Origin: an uncultured virus (IMG/VR IMGVR_UViG_3300024343_000009)
Taxonomy: Duplodnaviria > Heunggongvirae > Uroviricota > Caudoviricetes
Direction: 5' to 3' (one strand)
Length of the DNA stretch: 64,000 nucleotides
Virus record (IMG/VR): IMGVR_UViG_3300024343_000009
Span: 1-64,000 of that record
Shown: in pieces, positions 56,838 through 64,000 of the stretch
How positions within the stretch are numbered: the first letter of the stretch is position 1
Layout: each line of letters opens with the position of its first letter
Program-made: the position numbers and the translations under genes
Notes under the pieces: generated by a model
The model's database searches: none
The model's input: the letters and a program-made list of their open reading frames with translations, nothing else
What the model was told of the DNA's origin: nothing

Positions 56838-59006
56838 TTGAAAAAGAATAGGTTATTTAGAATAACAGCATCCATAATGCTTGCATTTGGATGGCTTTTT
56901 ATGTCTCCCGCAGCTGGCGATGATCCGCTAACAGTAGCAGCAAAACAAATTGAAAATTTAAATTCAGCAGTAGATAAGCTTGATTACAAAGAAGGCTTAA
57001 TAGATTTAATTGACATAGCGGAAAATAAGTTTATGTACGCTAAAAATCTTAAGGATGTTAGAGATACAGCAATTGTAGACTACCAAGATGCGGTGGAAGC
57101 AGAAGAATTAGCGTTAGAAGAAGTAAATATCGCTCAGTCAAATGTAGATGAGCAAACAGCCCTAGCATCCTTAGCTCTTGAAAATAAAAATAATGCTCTT
57201 AATGATAAGAATGATGCACAAGATGTACTTGATTTAGCCAATATAAATCTTCAAACAGCACAATCAAATATGCAATCTGCTAGTGGGACAGGTCTTCAAT
57301 ATACAGTATATAATCTAACCAGAACATGGCCAAGCATAGCAACTCCAAGTGGTGTGATTTGTTCTGGCACTTGGAATTCTAGTTCTATGAACCTACCAGT
57401 TTGCGGTAATAGATATGAAAATATAATTGTTAAGTTTACTGGACAAATTACAGTCCCATCATGGTTTACAACAGTAGCATTTGCAGGATACACAGATGAT
57501 GGTTTTAGAATGTTTATTAATGGAAATCTTGCAGTTAACAACTGGGTAGAGCAAGGGGCAAGATGGAGTGCTTGGTCTCCAACATATAATGTAAGTGAAG
57601 ACAAGACTTTAGATGTAGAGATATGGTGGTATAACGGAGGAGGTCCAGGATCGTACCATCTTGGCTGGACAATTCCTGGTGGAATGACTGGTGCAGGATG
57701 TGACTATGCTGGAAATCCAAGAGTATGGGGACAAAATTTTAGTTGTAATTTAAATACATTCTCATCTGGGTCAGGACCAACACAGGCACAAATAGATGCC
57801 TACAACCAAGCACTTGAAACAAGAAATGCAGCACAGCAAGACTATAATAATGCCTCAGCAGAATATAATGATAAACTAAATGTATATAATCAACAGGTTG
57901 CAGTACTAGACTCATTAAATCAAACATTAACTAATAAAGAGTCTGAGTATGATAACGCAGTAAATGATACAGCAAATGCTTTGTCTGAAAAGAATAGTGC
58001 CATAAATGATTTTAATAATGCAGTCAATGATGTCAATGGTGCAATTGATGAAGCATGGCGTTACTATGATGAGCAATCACAAAGAGAAATTCAAAGAGCA
58101 ATTGCTCAAGCAGCAGCCAATGCTGCAGCAAACCAACCTAAGCCAGAGCCAAAACCAACTGTTGAACCAGACAAGCCAAAGCCTTCTTCACCACCAACAG
58201 AGAAGCCAGAGCCAAAGCCAACTAACAATACTGCTACAGAAGAGCCAGGACCAAAGCCAACGCAACCAGGTCCAAAGCCAACACAGCCAGAAGATCCTGC
58301 ACCAAAGCCAGAACCTACAGAAAAGCCAAAACCAGAAGATCCTAAGCCAACACCAGCTCCAACACCTGAAGTAAAGCCAGAACCCACACCAGAGCCTTCT
58401 GCCGAGCCTTCTCCAGAACCTAAGCCATTGCCAAGACCAGATTTTAAACCAGCAGAGAATATTGATCCAGTCATTAAGGATGCAGAGTTAGCAGCACTTA
58501 TTCCAGAAAAAGGTACGGGGAATGCAGAAGATTTATCTGGCGTTATTGCTAATCTTACAAGTAAAGATAATAAATTAGTTAAGCTTTCTCCAGAACAAAC
58601 AGCAGCGGTTAGTCAAACACTTAAGTCTTTAACACAAGAAGCAAAATTAGAAGTTGCAAAAGATCTTGGAATTTCTGCAGGAGAGGTTTCAAAGGTGGCA
58701 GAAATAATGAAATCAAATCCTGCAGTCGCAGCAGCATTTGTTGAGTTTGCAGATAGAGCAGGAGAAGCAGGGGATACCCCAATGCCATTTACATTAGCAG
58801 ATGCAACAACAGAAGTACAAACAGAAGCATTCTTAGCAGACCCGCTTGGAACAGTATTTGCGGTGGATCCTATAGAACTATTATCTAATTTTTCTGAGTT
58901 AGGTATGGATATGACAGATGATCAGAGAGAAAAAGCACAAGAAGTAATTGTCCCAGTGGTCATTGCATCACAAATTGCAGGGGCAGTAATAAGGAGGAAC
59001 AGATGA
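56838..59006 (+). CDS. exported, probably membrane-anchored PA14-domain coiled-coil protein with Pro-rich linker
   Basis: Signal peptide (…MSPAAG/DD), coiled coils flanking PA14 motifs (FTGQI, TDDGFRMFING....NW.EQG, WYNGGG), PEPKP repeats, hydrophobic C-terminus + RRNR. Confidence 0.75.
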   Translation: MKKNRLFRITASIMLAFGWLFMSPAAGDDPLTVAAKQIENLNSAVDKLDYKEGLIDLIDIAENKFMYAKNLKDVRDTAIVDYQDAVEAEELALEEVNIAQSNVDEQTALASLALENKNNALNDKNDAQDVLDLANINLQTAQSNMQSASGTGLQYTVYNLTRTWPSIATPSGVICSGTWNSSSMNLPVCGNRYENIIVKFTGQITVPSWFTTVAFAGYTDDGFRMFINGNLAVNNWVEQGARWSAWSPTYNVSEDKTLDVEIWWYNGGGPGSYHLGWTIPGGMTGAGCDYAGNPRVWGQNFSCNLNTFSSGSGPTQAQIDAYNQALETRNAAQQDYNNASAEYNDKLNVYNQQVAVLDSLNQTLTNKESEYDNAVNDTANALSEKNSAINDFNNAVNDVNGAIDEAWRYYDEQSQREIQRAIAQAAANAAANQPKPEPKPTVEPDKPKPSSPPTEKPEPKPTNNTATEEPGPKPTQPGPKPTQPEDPAPKPEPTEKPKPEDPKPTPAPTPEVKPEPTPEPSAEPSPEPKPLPRPDFKPAENIDPVIKDAELAALIPEKGTGNAEDLSGVIANLTSKDNKLVKLSPEQTAAVSQTLKSLTQEAKLEVAKDLGISAGEVSKVAEIMKSNPAVAAAFVEFADRAGEAGDTPMPFTLADATTEVQTEAFLADPLGTVFAVDPIELLSNFSELGMDMTDDQREKAQEVIVPVVIASQIAGAVIRRNR

Positions 59007-59230
59007 AGATAATCAAAAAAGCATTTTCTTTAATCGGTAAAGCTTTAAAAGGATTAATTAAATGGTTTAAAGATGCAGGAATGGAATTAATTGCACAAGC
59101 ATTCACCCTCCTTGGCTTCTTTATTGCATGGTTAACATTAACTGGATCAGCCAGAGATATAGTTGGAATTGCCGTACTGGCAACTACAGTTATTTGGCTA
59201 ATAACAATCCCGTTAAGAAAGGATAAATAA
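59003..59230 (+). CDS. two-TM membrane protein
   Basis: Amphipathic N-terminus plus two hydrophobic helices; ATGA overlap with PA14 gene. Confidence 0.65.
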   Translation: MKIIKKAFSLIGKALKGLIKWFKDAGMELIAQAFTLLGFFIAWLTLTGSARDIVGIAVLATTVIWLITIPLRKDK

Positions 59231-59520
59231 TGGCAAAAGCGTATATAGAAGAGCCAACACAGGTTGGAAGCGGAGCAATTGCAAGCATAAATAATATATT
59301 TATGAGAATTGTTGCTGTATTTGCAGCATCAGGACTTTCAGTGATTGGAGCAGGAGCAGTGGTTGGAATTGAAACCTACAAGGCTGTGATCCTTGCTGGA
59401 ACATTAGGCGTTGCAACTGTTGTTGAAAAGCTAGCCCGTGGATTCCTAGATGATGGAAAGCTTACCGTTGCTGAGATCAATGCAGCTTTTTCAGCAGTAG
59501 ATAAAAAAGCGGCTAAGTGA
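59230..59520 (+). CDS. membrane protein (holin-like)
   Basis: Two hydrophobic helices then DDGKLT..EIN.AF. Confidence 0.6.
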   Translation: MAKAYIEEPTQVGSGAIASINNIFMRIVAVFAASGLSVIGAGAVVGIETYKAVILAGTLGVATVVEKLARGFLDDGKLTVAEINAAFSAVDKKAAK

Positions 59521-59532
59521 TATAATTTACTT

Positions 59533-59676
59533 ATGAACACCTATACAGTCAAATTAAATGTAGAGCTAGAGGTACAAGCCTTTAATGAAACAGATGCAAA
59601 AGACTATGTATCAGATATATTCAATGTAGATGAAGAGATTAAGGGTGTCAATATAGTAAAGATTATTCAGAAATGA
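59533..59676 (+). CDS. 47-aa hypothetical protein (not in ORF track)
   Basis: MNTYTVKLNVELEVQAFNETDAKDY...; TGATATAAT 6 nt upstream of ATG. Confidence 0.55.
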   Translation: MNTYTVKLNVELEVQAFNETDAKDYVSDIFNVDEEIKGVNIVKIIQK

Positions 59677-59807
59677 ATAACCCAGATAAAGAAATTACCC
59701 CTGCTGATATGCAGCAGATATTTGGATACTTAATAGATCCAGTTATACTAGAGATAGACAAAGAGATAGAGGATTTAAAAATCCCAGATGGAGATATTTT
59801 CTTATAA
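59673..59807 (+). CDS. 44-aa acidic hypothetical protein (not in ORF track)
   Basis: ATGA overlap with upstream ORF; MNNPDKEITPADMQQIFGYL... Confidence 0.4.
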   Translation: MNNPDKEITPADMQQIFGYLIDPVILEIDKEIEDLKIPDGDIFL

Positions 59808-59814
59808 AATATCG

Positions 59815-59844
59815 TTGACAGAGCCGTAGTTTTTACTGTATAAT
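59815..59844 (+). promoter_or_regulatory. promoter TTGACA-N18-TATAAT upstream of tRNA-Asn
   Basis: Exact hexamers, embedded in an inverted repeat. Confidence 0.75.
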
Positions 59845-59873
59845 AATACATAGAAACTACGGTTTCTGCTTTT

Positions 59874-59945
59874 TGGCCCTTAGCTCAGCGGCAGAGCGGG
59901 AAGCTGTTAACTTCTAGGTCCCTGGTTCGATCCCAGGAGGGCCAG
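59874..59945 (+). tRNA. tRNA-Asn(GTT)
   Basis: TGGCCCT/AGGGCCA, GGAAG-CTGTTAA-CTTCT, CCTGG-TTCGATC-CCAGG, G73. Confidence 0.92.
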
Positions 59946-59982
59946 CAAGATCATCTAGGCGGACTTACTAGATAGGAAAGAA

Positions 59983-60216
59983 ATGCTTAATCTTACACTA
60001 AAGGGTGTAGAGGTCTTCATGGAAAGATCAAAGCATAGCAAGCAAGATTCATATTGGGAAAACTATGACTTACTAATATGGAAAAAAGATCCAGGCGGCT
60101 TTACAAATGTAAAGGGAATGTTTCGAAAAGATTCATGGGGTATTACAGAGAGAATACCAGTAAACGAAAACGGAATTTGGAAGTTGCCTAAGCATTATGT
60201 CAAATATTTTAAATGA
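59983..60216 (+). CDS. hypothetical protein
   Basis: 77 aa Trp-rich ORF. Confidence 0.55.
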   Translation: MLNLTLKGVEVFMERSKHSKQDSYWENYDLLIWKKDPGGFTNVKGMFRKDSWGITERIPVNENGIWKLPKHYVKYFK

Positions 60217-60514
60217 ACTTGGCGTAGATGAAGATGACCTTGACTGGTATCATCTAGCAGCATGCAGAGGCCTTGATACAAATTTATTTTATGATAAGTA
60301 TGAAGCTGATCCAAATATAGCAAAGAGCATTGATGAAGCATGCCTTAGTTGTCCAGTTTCAAAAATGTGTTATGAGTTTGGTGTCAGCAACAGTGAGCAG
60401 GGAGTATGGGGCGGAATATATTTAAACACGGGAGAAGTAGACAGGCCAAGAAATGTACATAAGACACAGGAAGTATGGAAAAGGATAAAGGCTAAAAATG
60501 GAATTCATAAATAA
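60197..60514 (+). CDS. whiB: WhiB-family Fe-S transcription factor
   Basis: W...AAC...D.NLF, C..CPV...C, GVWGG. Confidence 0.9.
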   Translation: MSNILNELGVDEDDLDWYHLAACRGLDTNLFYDKYEADPNIAKSIDEACLSCPVSKMCYEFGVSNSEQGVWGGIYLNTGEVDRPRNVHKTQEVWKRIKAKNGIHK

Positions 60515-60827
60515 AGATAAAGACCATTTTAAACATGGTATAAATCTTTGGAATGGTGAGCCAAATAAGCCTGTATTTTACACAAAAGAAATGTCATCAA
60601 AGATAAGAGAATTAAAAAAGCCAGTACCAGATCTTATGTTGGACATAGTTCAGTACCCAGAGTTTTTAGCAGTAAGACTATATGAAGATAATTTTGTTCA
60701 ATATGAAGGAATCAAAAAAGAACAAGTAATAGATTATGTTGGAAAAGTTAAAAAGCTAATCGAATCTTACGGAGTAAGATGCGAACTTGAAGGGGTACCA
60801 AGTGCGAGAATACTACGAAGTAATTAA
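60498..60827 (+). CDS. hypothetical protein
   Basis: 109 aa, overlaps whiB. Confidence 0.6.
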   Translation: MEFINKDKDHFKHGINLWNGEPNKPVFYTKEMSSKIRELKKPVPDLMLDIVQYPEFLAVRLYEDNFVQYEGIKKEQVIDYVGKVKKLIESYGVRCELEGVPSARILRSN

Positions 60828-60999
60828 TATAGTCTTTATTCATGAGTTAAGACTATGGGGCACATGTGACTCACTTGGCCTATATGCATCAAAAATCAAA
60901 TACCAAAAAGATGGTATTGAATATGAAGAAATGCTAGATAATGAGGAGTTTACAGTAATGGAAGAAATCGTTATAGAGCATCAAGAGGAAGATAACTAA
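60802..60999 (+). CDS. hypothetical protein
   Basis: ORF track 60787..60999; GTG 60802 is the more plausible start. Confidence 0.45.
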   Translation: MREYYEVINIVFIHELRLWGTCDSLGLYASKIKYQKDGIEYEEMLDNEEFTVMEEIVIEHQEEDN

Positions 61000-61235
61000 T
61001 GGAAAAAATATTGTGCTATTGCTGCAATAAAACAAAAAATAAGCTTAATCTAAAGAAGTCTACATTAATTCCAATTAATTTATTTATGTGTGAATCATGT
61101 ATTTCTTCTAAGTTTGAGCCTAGGTGGGTTATTATTTTGGCTGGCAGACAGCTAGGATCTGACTCAGTTAAAGAGTTTATAATTAAGAAACGGTATTGTG
61201 GAGCAGATATTGCTGCATCAGAACTATTAGTTTAA
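60999..61235 (+). CDS. zinc-finger hypothetical protein
   Basis: CYCC...CESC. Confidence 0.6.
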   Translation: MEKILCYCCNKTKNKLNLKKSTLIPINLFMCESCISSKFEPRWVIILAGRQLGSDSVKEFIIKKRYCGADIAASELLV

Positions 61236-61263
61236 AGTTTATTTTAGGGTATAATTAACGTAT

Positions 61264-61560
61264 ATGGATACAACTGCCCTAATATTAACTATAGCAGCAT
61301 CACTATTGAGCGGATTAGCGACAGGTGTAGTTGCTAATTTTAGGGACCACAAAAAAGAAATTAAGCGTAGGGTTGAGAAAGAACAAGATAACCTTAAGCT
61401 TGATTTAAAGGATCTCCAGATTAAATTGTATAAGGTTGAAAAAGACCTAGACGACTGGAAGGCTAAGTATTACGAAGCCCTTCAAGAACTAATTGAAGTT
61501 AAGGGTGAATTAGAGGAAACTCTAATTAGATTAACACATATCGCTCATCACGAGGACTAG
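61264..61560 (+). CDS. N-terminal TM + coiled-coil protein
   Basis: Hydrophobic residues 5-24 followed by heptad-rich region. Confidence 0.6.
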   Translation: MDTTALILTIAASLLSGLATGVVANFRDHKKEIKRRVEKEQDNLKLDLKDLQIKLYKVEKDLDDWKAKYYEALQELIEVKGELEETLIRLTHIAHHED

Positions 61561-61592
61561 CGTTTCGAATTTATATTTAGTATACTAGGAAT

Positions 61593-62150
61593 ATGACCTG
61601 CATAGTTGCCATTGCCCAAAACGGTGTCGTTTACATGGGATCTGATCACGCCGCCTCAGACGATAAGTCTGGATGGATACTTTCACGCAAAGAGCCAAAG
61701 TGTTTTAAGGTTGGCCAATACGCTGTTGCATTTACTGACTCATTTAGAATGGGGCAGATACTTCAATACATGTGGACCCCACCAAAGTATACACCAACAA
61801 AAACTAACTCAGGTTTAGATAAGTTTATGAGAACTAAGTTTATTGATTCAGTTAAGACTGCATTTAAAGAAAACGGATACGGAAGTATTGGGTCATCATC
61901 TGAAGAGGACACGGGTGGAATATTTATTGTTGGTTTATGTGGAAGAATTTTTACAATAGACGAAGACTTTCACGTAGGTGAGAATGTTGTGAATTACATG
62001 GCAGAAGGAAGTGGTGGCCAAATAGCTTTAGGAGCATTGCATGCCACAAAACATCAAAAGAACCCTAGACTACGCATTAAGGCAGCATTAGAAGCAGCAA
62101 CTGAATTTAATATGAGCGTGGCAGCCCCCTATACATACATTCAAGTTTAA
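61593..62150 (+). CDS. Ntn-hydrolase protease (HslV/proteasome beta-like)
   Basis: N-terminal M-T-C-I-V-A (Thr nucleophile), GSD, K, A.GSG...ALGAL. Confidence 0.8.
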   Translation: MTCIVAIAQNGVVYMGSDHAASDDKSGWILSRKEPKCFKVGQYAVAFTDSFRMGQILQYMWTPPKYTPTKTNSGLDKFMRTKFIDSVKTAFKENGYGSIGSSSEEDTGGIFIVGLCGRIFTIDEDFHVGENVVNYMAEGSGGQIALGALHATKHQKNPRLRIKAALEAATEFNMSVAAPYTYIQV

Positions 62151-62164
62151 TGTATAATGATACT

Positions 62165-62530
62165 ATGAAGTGGTTACTACTTGTATCTATATTGGCATGC
62201 GTGGCTACCTACTGGGTCATGAAAATAAAAACAAACATTAGCTTATTTCTTGATAACTATGAGATAGCCATTATAGACAAAGAAGATGTAGAGCGCACTG
62301 GTAGACATACAAACGACATTTTAGAGTTGCGTCCAGAAAGTTATGACAAGTCTATTGATTTGAGAGGTACACCAACTCATTTATGCCCATGTGGATCAAA
62401 CATATGGAACTTAAAAGTAATCTTTGAAGATTTTGAAATTGCTACATATTTCCTAGATATGGAATGTGTAAGCTGTGGTAGTGTTGCTACGGCACCTACC
62501 CCTGTAGACAGAATGGGAACGGAAGAATGA
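62165..62530 (+). CDS. TM-anchored zinc-ribbon protein
   Basis: Hydrophobic N-terminus; CPCG...C.SCG; start moved to ATG 62165, 6 nt after TATAAT. Confidence 0.6.
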   Translation: MKWLLLVSILACVATYWVMKIKTNISLFLDNYEIAIIDKEDVERTGRHTNDILELRPESYDKSIDLRGTPTHLCPCGSNIWNLKVIFEDFEIATYFLDMECVSCGSVATAPTPVDRMGTEE

Positions 62531-62706
62531 GAAAGTCAGAAAGATTAAGACTGCTTGAAATGCAAGTTGTACGACTTGAGATGATGGTAGAACTATATAC
62601 TCAAACACTATCTAATCTATTAGAATCACAAGGGCTATCTGCACCTACACAGCTTGACGCTGGTAAATGGTACAAGGCAAAACTAGACCAATTAGATAAA
62701 GAATAG
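62527..62706 (+). CDS. 59-aa hypothetical protein (not in ORF track)
   Basis: MRKSERLRLLEMQVVRLEMMVELY...; ATGA overlap. Confidence 0.5.
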   Translation: MRKSERLRLLEMQVVRLEMMVELYTQTLSNLLESQGLSAPTQLDAGKWYKAKLDQLDKE

Positions 62707-62709
62707 GTA

Positions 62710-62737
62710 TTGACATCCTGCTTTTATTTAGTAGAAT
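62710..62737 (+). promoter_or_regulatory. promoter TTGACA-N16-TAGAAT
   Basis: ATG 6 nt downstream. Confidence 0.65.
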
Positions 62738-62743
62738 GTACCT

Positions 62744-63670
62744 ATGAATAAAAAAATAACTACGGCTTTTGTAGCCTTACTACTTGTTGTTCCAACAGCA
62801 TCACATGCTGCATTAAAGAACACATCGCTTGAACCAACGTTAGCAATCCTAGATACTGCGATTGACACATCCTTGCCATCATTTAAGGGCAAGATTATTC
62901 AAGAAGTTTGTCTTTTAGAGCGTGGCCCATGTCCAAATGGTAGCACTTATATGGAGGGTCCAGGGGCTGCATCAATGCCTGCTAACTTCATTACTAAAAA
63001 TGGTTTTGATCACGGTACACAAATGACATACCTTGCTTTAGCAAATAACCCTAACATGAAGGTTTTGTTTATTAGAATTATTGGCAACAATCCAGATGGT
63101 ATCCGTCAGGTTGCAACAGAGGCTGCTGTATATAATGCTTTGCAATGGGTTATTGATAATAAGGATAAGTATAATATTAAAGCAGTAACAATGGCACAAG
63201 CATCAAGCAACTGGGTTGCTGGATCAGATTATTGCCCAAAGACTCCAATTACTCAATCAAAGATCCAAACACTTGTTGCAAGCAACATTCCAGTATTTTT
63301 ACCAGCAGGAAATGACTTTAACTATGAAAAGTTGCGTTGGCCTGCTTGCTTGCCAGAATCAATCGCAGTTGGAGCAACAATGCCAACTAAAGCAGTGGCA
63401 GTGTACACAAACTATGATCCAAAACTAATTGATTTCTTTGCACTTGGAACTACAACAACGTATGGTCCAGGAAATGTAAAGTTACCAATTGCAGGAACAT
63501 CAGCATCAATTCAAGCTGCTGCTGCATCATGGATTGCTGTATCTTCTGCTAAACCATCTTTAACATACAATCAGGTATATGACTTGATTTCTAAAACTTC
63601 TACGCCTACAAGTAATTCAAAAATTAAGGGCGGTAAGTTGATTAATCTAGAGGGAGCACTAAATGGCTGA
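62744..63670 (+). CDS. secreted subtilisin-like (S8) serine protease
   Basis: Signal peptide; AILDTAID, HGT, AGN, GTSAS catalytic motifs. Confidence 0.88.
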   Translation: MNKKITTAFVALLLVVPTASHAALKNTSLEPTLAILDTAIDTSLPSFKGKIIQEVCLLERGPCPNGSTYMEGPGAASMPANFITKNGFDHGTQMTYLALANNPNMKVLFIRIIGNNPDGIRQVATEAAVYNALQWVIDNKDKYNIKAVTMAQASSNWVAGSDYCPKTPITQSKIQTLVASNIPVFLPAGNDFNYEKLRWPACLPESIAVGATMPTKAVAVYTNYDPKLIDFFALGTTTTYGPGNVKLPIAGTSASIQAAAASWIAVSSAKPSLTYNQVYDLISKTSTPTSNSKIKGGKLINLEGALNG

Positions 63671-63875
63671 ACAACAAATGACAATTCTTGAAGGAATTAT
63701 TTCAGATTTAGGTAATGAGTTGTATCAGAAATGGTATAACGCTGCCGAAGAAGATCAAAAGACAGAAGAGATGTCAAAGGCTTTAAGAGAGAATGCTACA
63801 CAAACTACTCTTTGGGTTATTCAAGAATTTATGAATAGATTCAACGAAGCAGCAGAATCACTAAAGGATAAGTAA
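63663..63875 (+). CDS. hypothetical protein
   Basis: 70 aa; SD GGAG. Confidence 0.55.
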   Translation: MAEQQMTILEGIISDLGNELYQKWYNAAEEDQKTEEMSKALRENATQTTLWVIQEFMNRFNEAAESLKDK

Positions 63876-63876
63876 T

Positions 63877-64000
63877 TTGATCGTAACAGATAATTCCTTT
63901 GGTGAAGTAGTATCAACAAATGATTTAGTTTTGGTTGATTTTTGGGCTGAATGGTGTGGGCCTTGTAAAAAGCTTTCACCGATCCTGGATGAGATATCAA
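63877..64000 (+). CDS. trxA: thioredoxin (truncated by window edge)
   Basis: TTG start after [27 protein letters not shown]. Confidence 0.9.
   Translation, partial: MIVTDNSFGEVVSTNDLVLVDFWAEWCGPCKKLSPILDEIS

Noticed and set aside
58006..58474. Alternative-frame Gln-rich and antisense Gly-rich ORFs
   Set aside because: By-products of the Pro/Lys/Glu repeat linker
59946..59982. tRNA-associated self-cleaving ribozyme after tRNA-Asn
   Set aside because: Only a simple ATCTAG/CTAGAT hairpin; no nested double pseudoknot could be built
1..64000. Alternative genetic code, diversity-generating retroelement or prophage integration
   Set aside because: Genes are intact in code 11 with all three stops used; no suppressor tRNA, reverse transcriptase, integrase or host-like flanks

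Overview
A 64 kb segment of a large, AT-rich, siphovirus-like tailed dsDNA phage. Every credible gene is on the + strand. The host is most likely an actinobacterium (inferred from WhiB, a host-type SSB and widespread apparently leaderless promoters; the low GC would fit a streamlined freshwater lineage). Layout: (1) 1-8.5 kb, accessory fibre/adhesin genes, including a GPT-collagen fibre with a cupredoxin-like tip next to a TPR-glycosyltransferase, and LamG proteins; (2) 8.5-35.9 kb, portal, prohead protease/scaffold, capsid, neck, tail tube, frameshifted tail chaperones, a 2181-aa tape measure protein and tail-tip/fibre genes; (3) 36-50 kb, replication and recombination (DnaB, primase, two SSBs, DnaE, MazG, RecA, Cas4-like nuclease, RuvC-like resolvase); (4) 50.5-52.8 kb, terminase; (5) 53-64 kb, six tRNAs and accessory genes (Dps, CHAP endolysin, SNase, Hsp20, a PA14 surface protein with two membrane proteins, WhiB, HslV-like and subtilisin proteases, thioredoxin). 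No integrase, CRISPR array, reverse transcriptase or intein was seen. All product calls come from reading motifs by eye, not from database searches.
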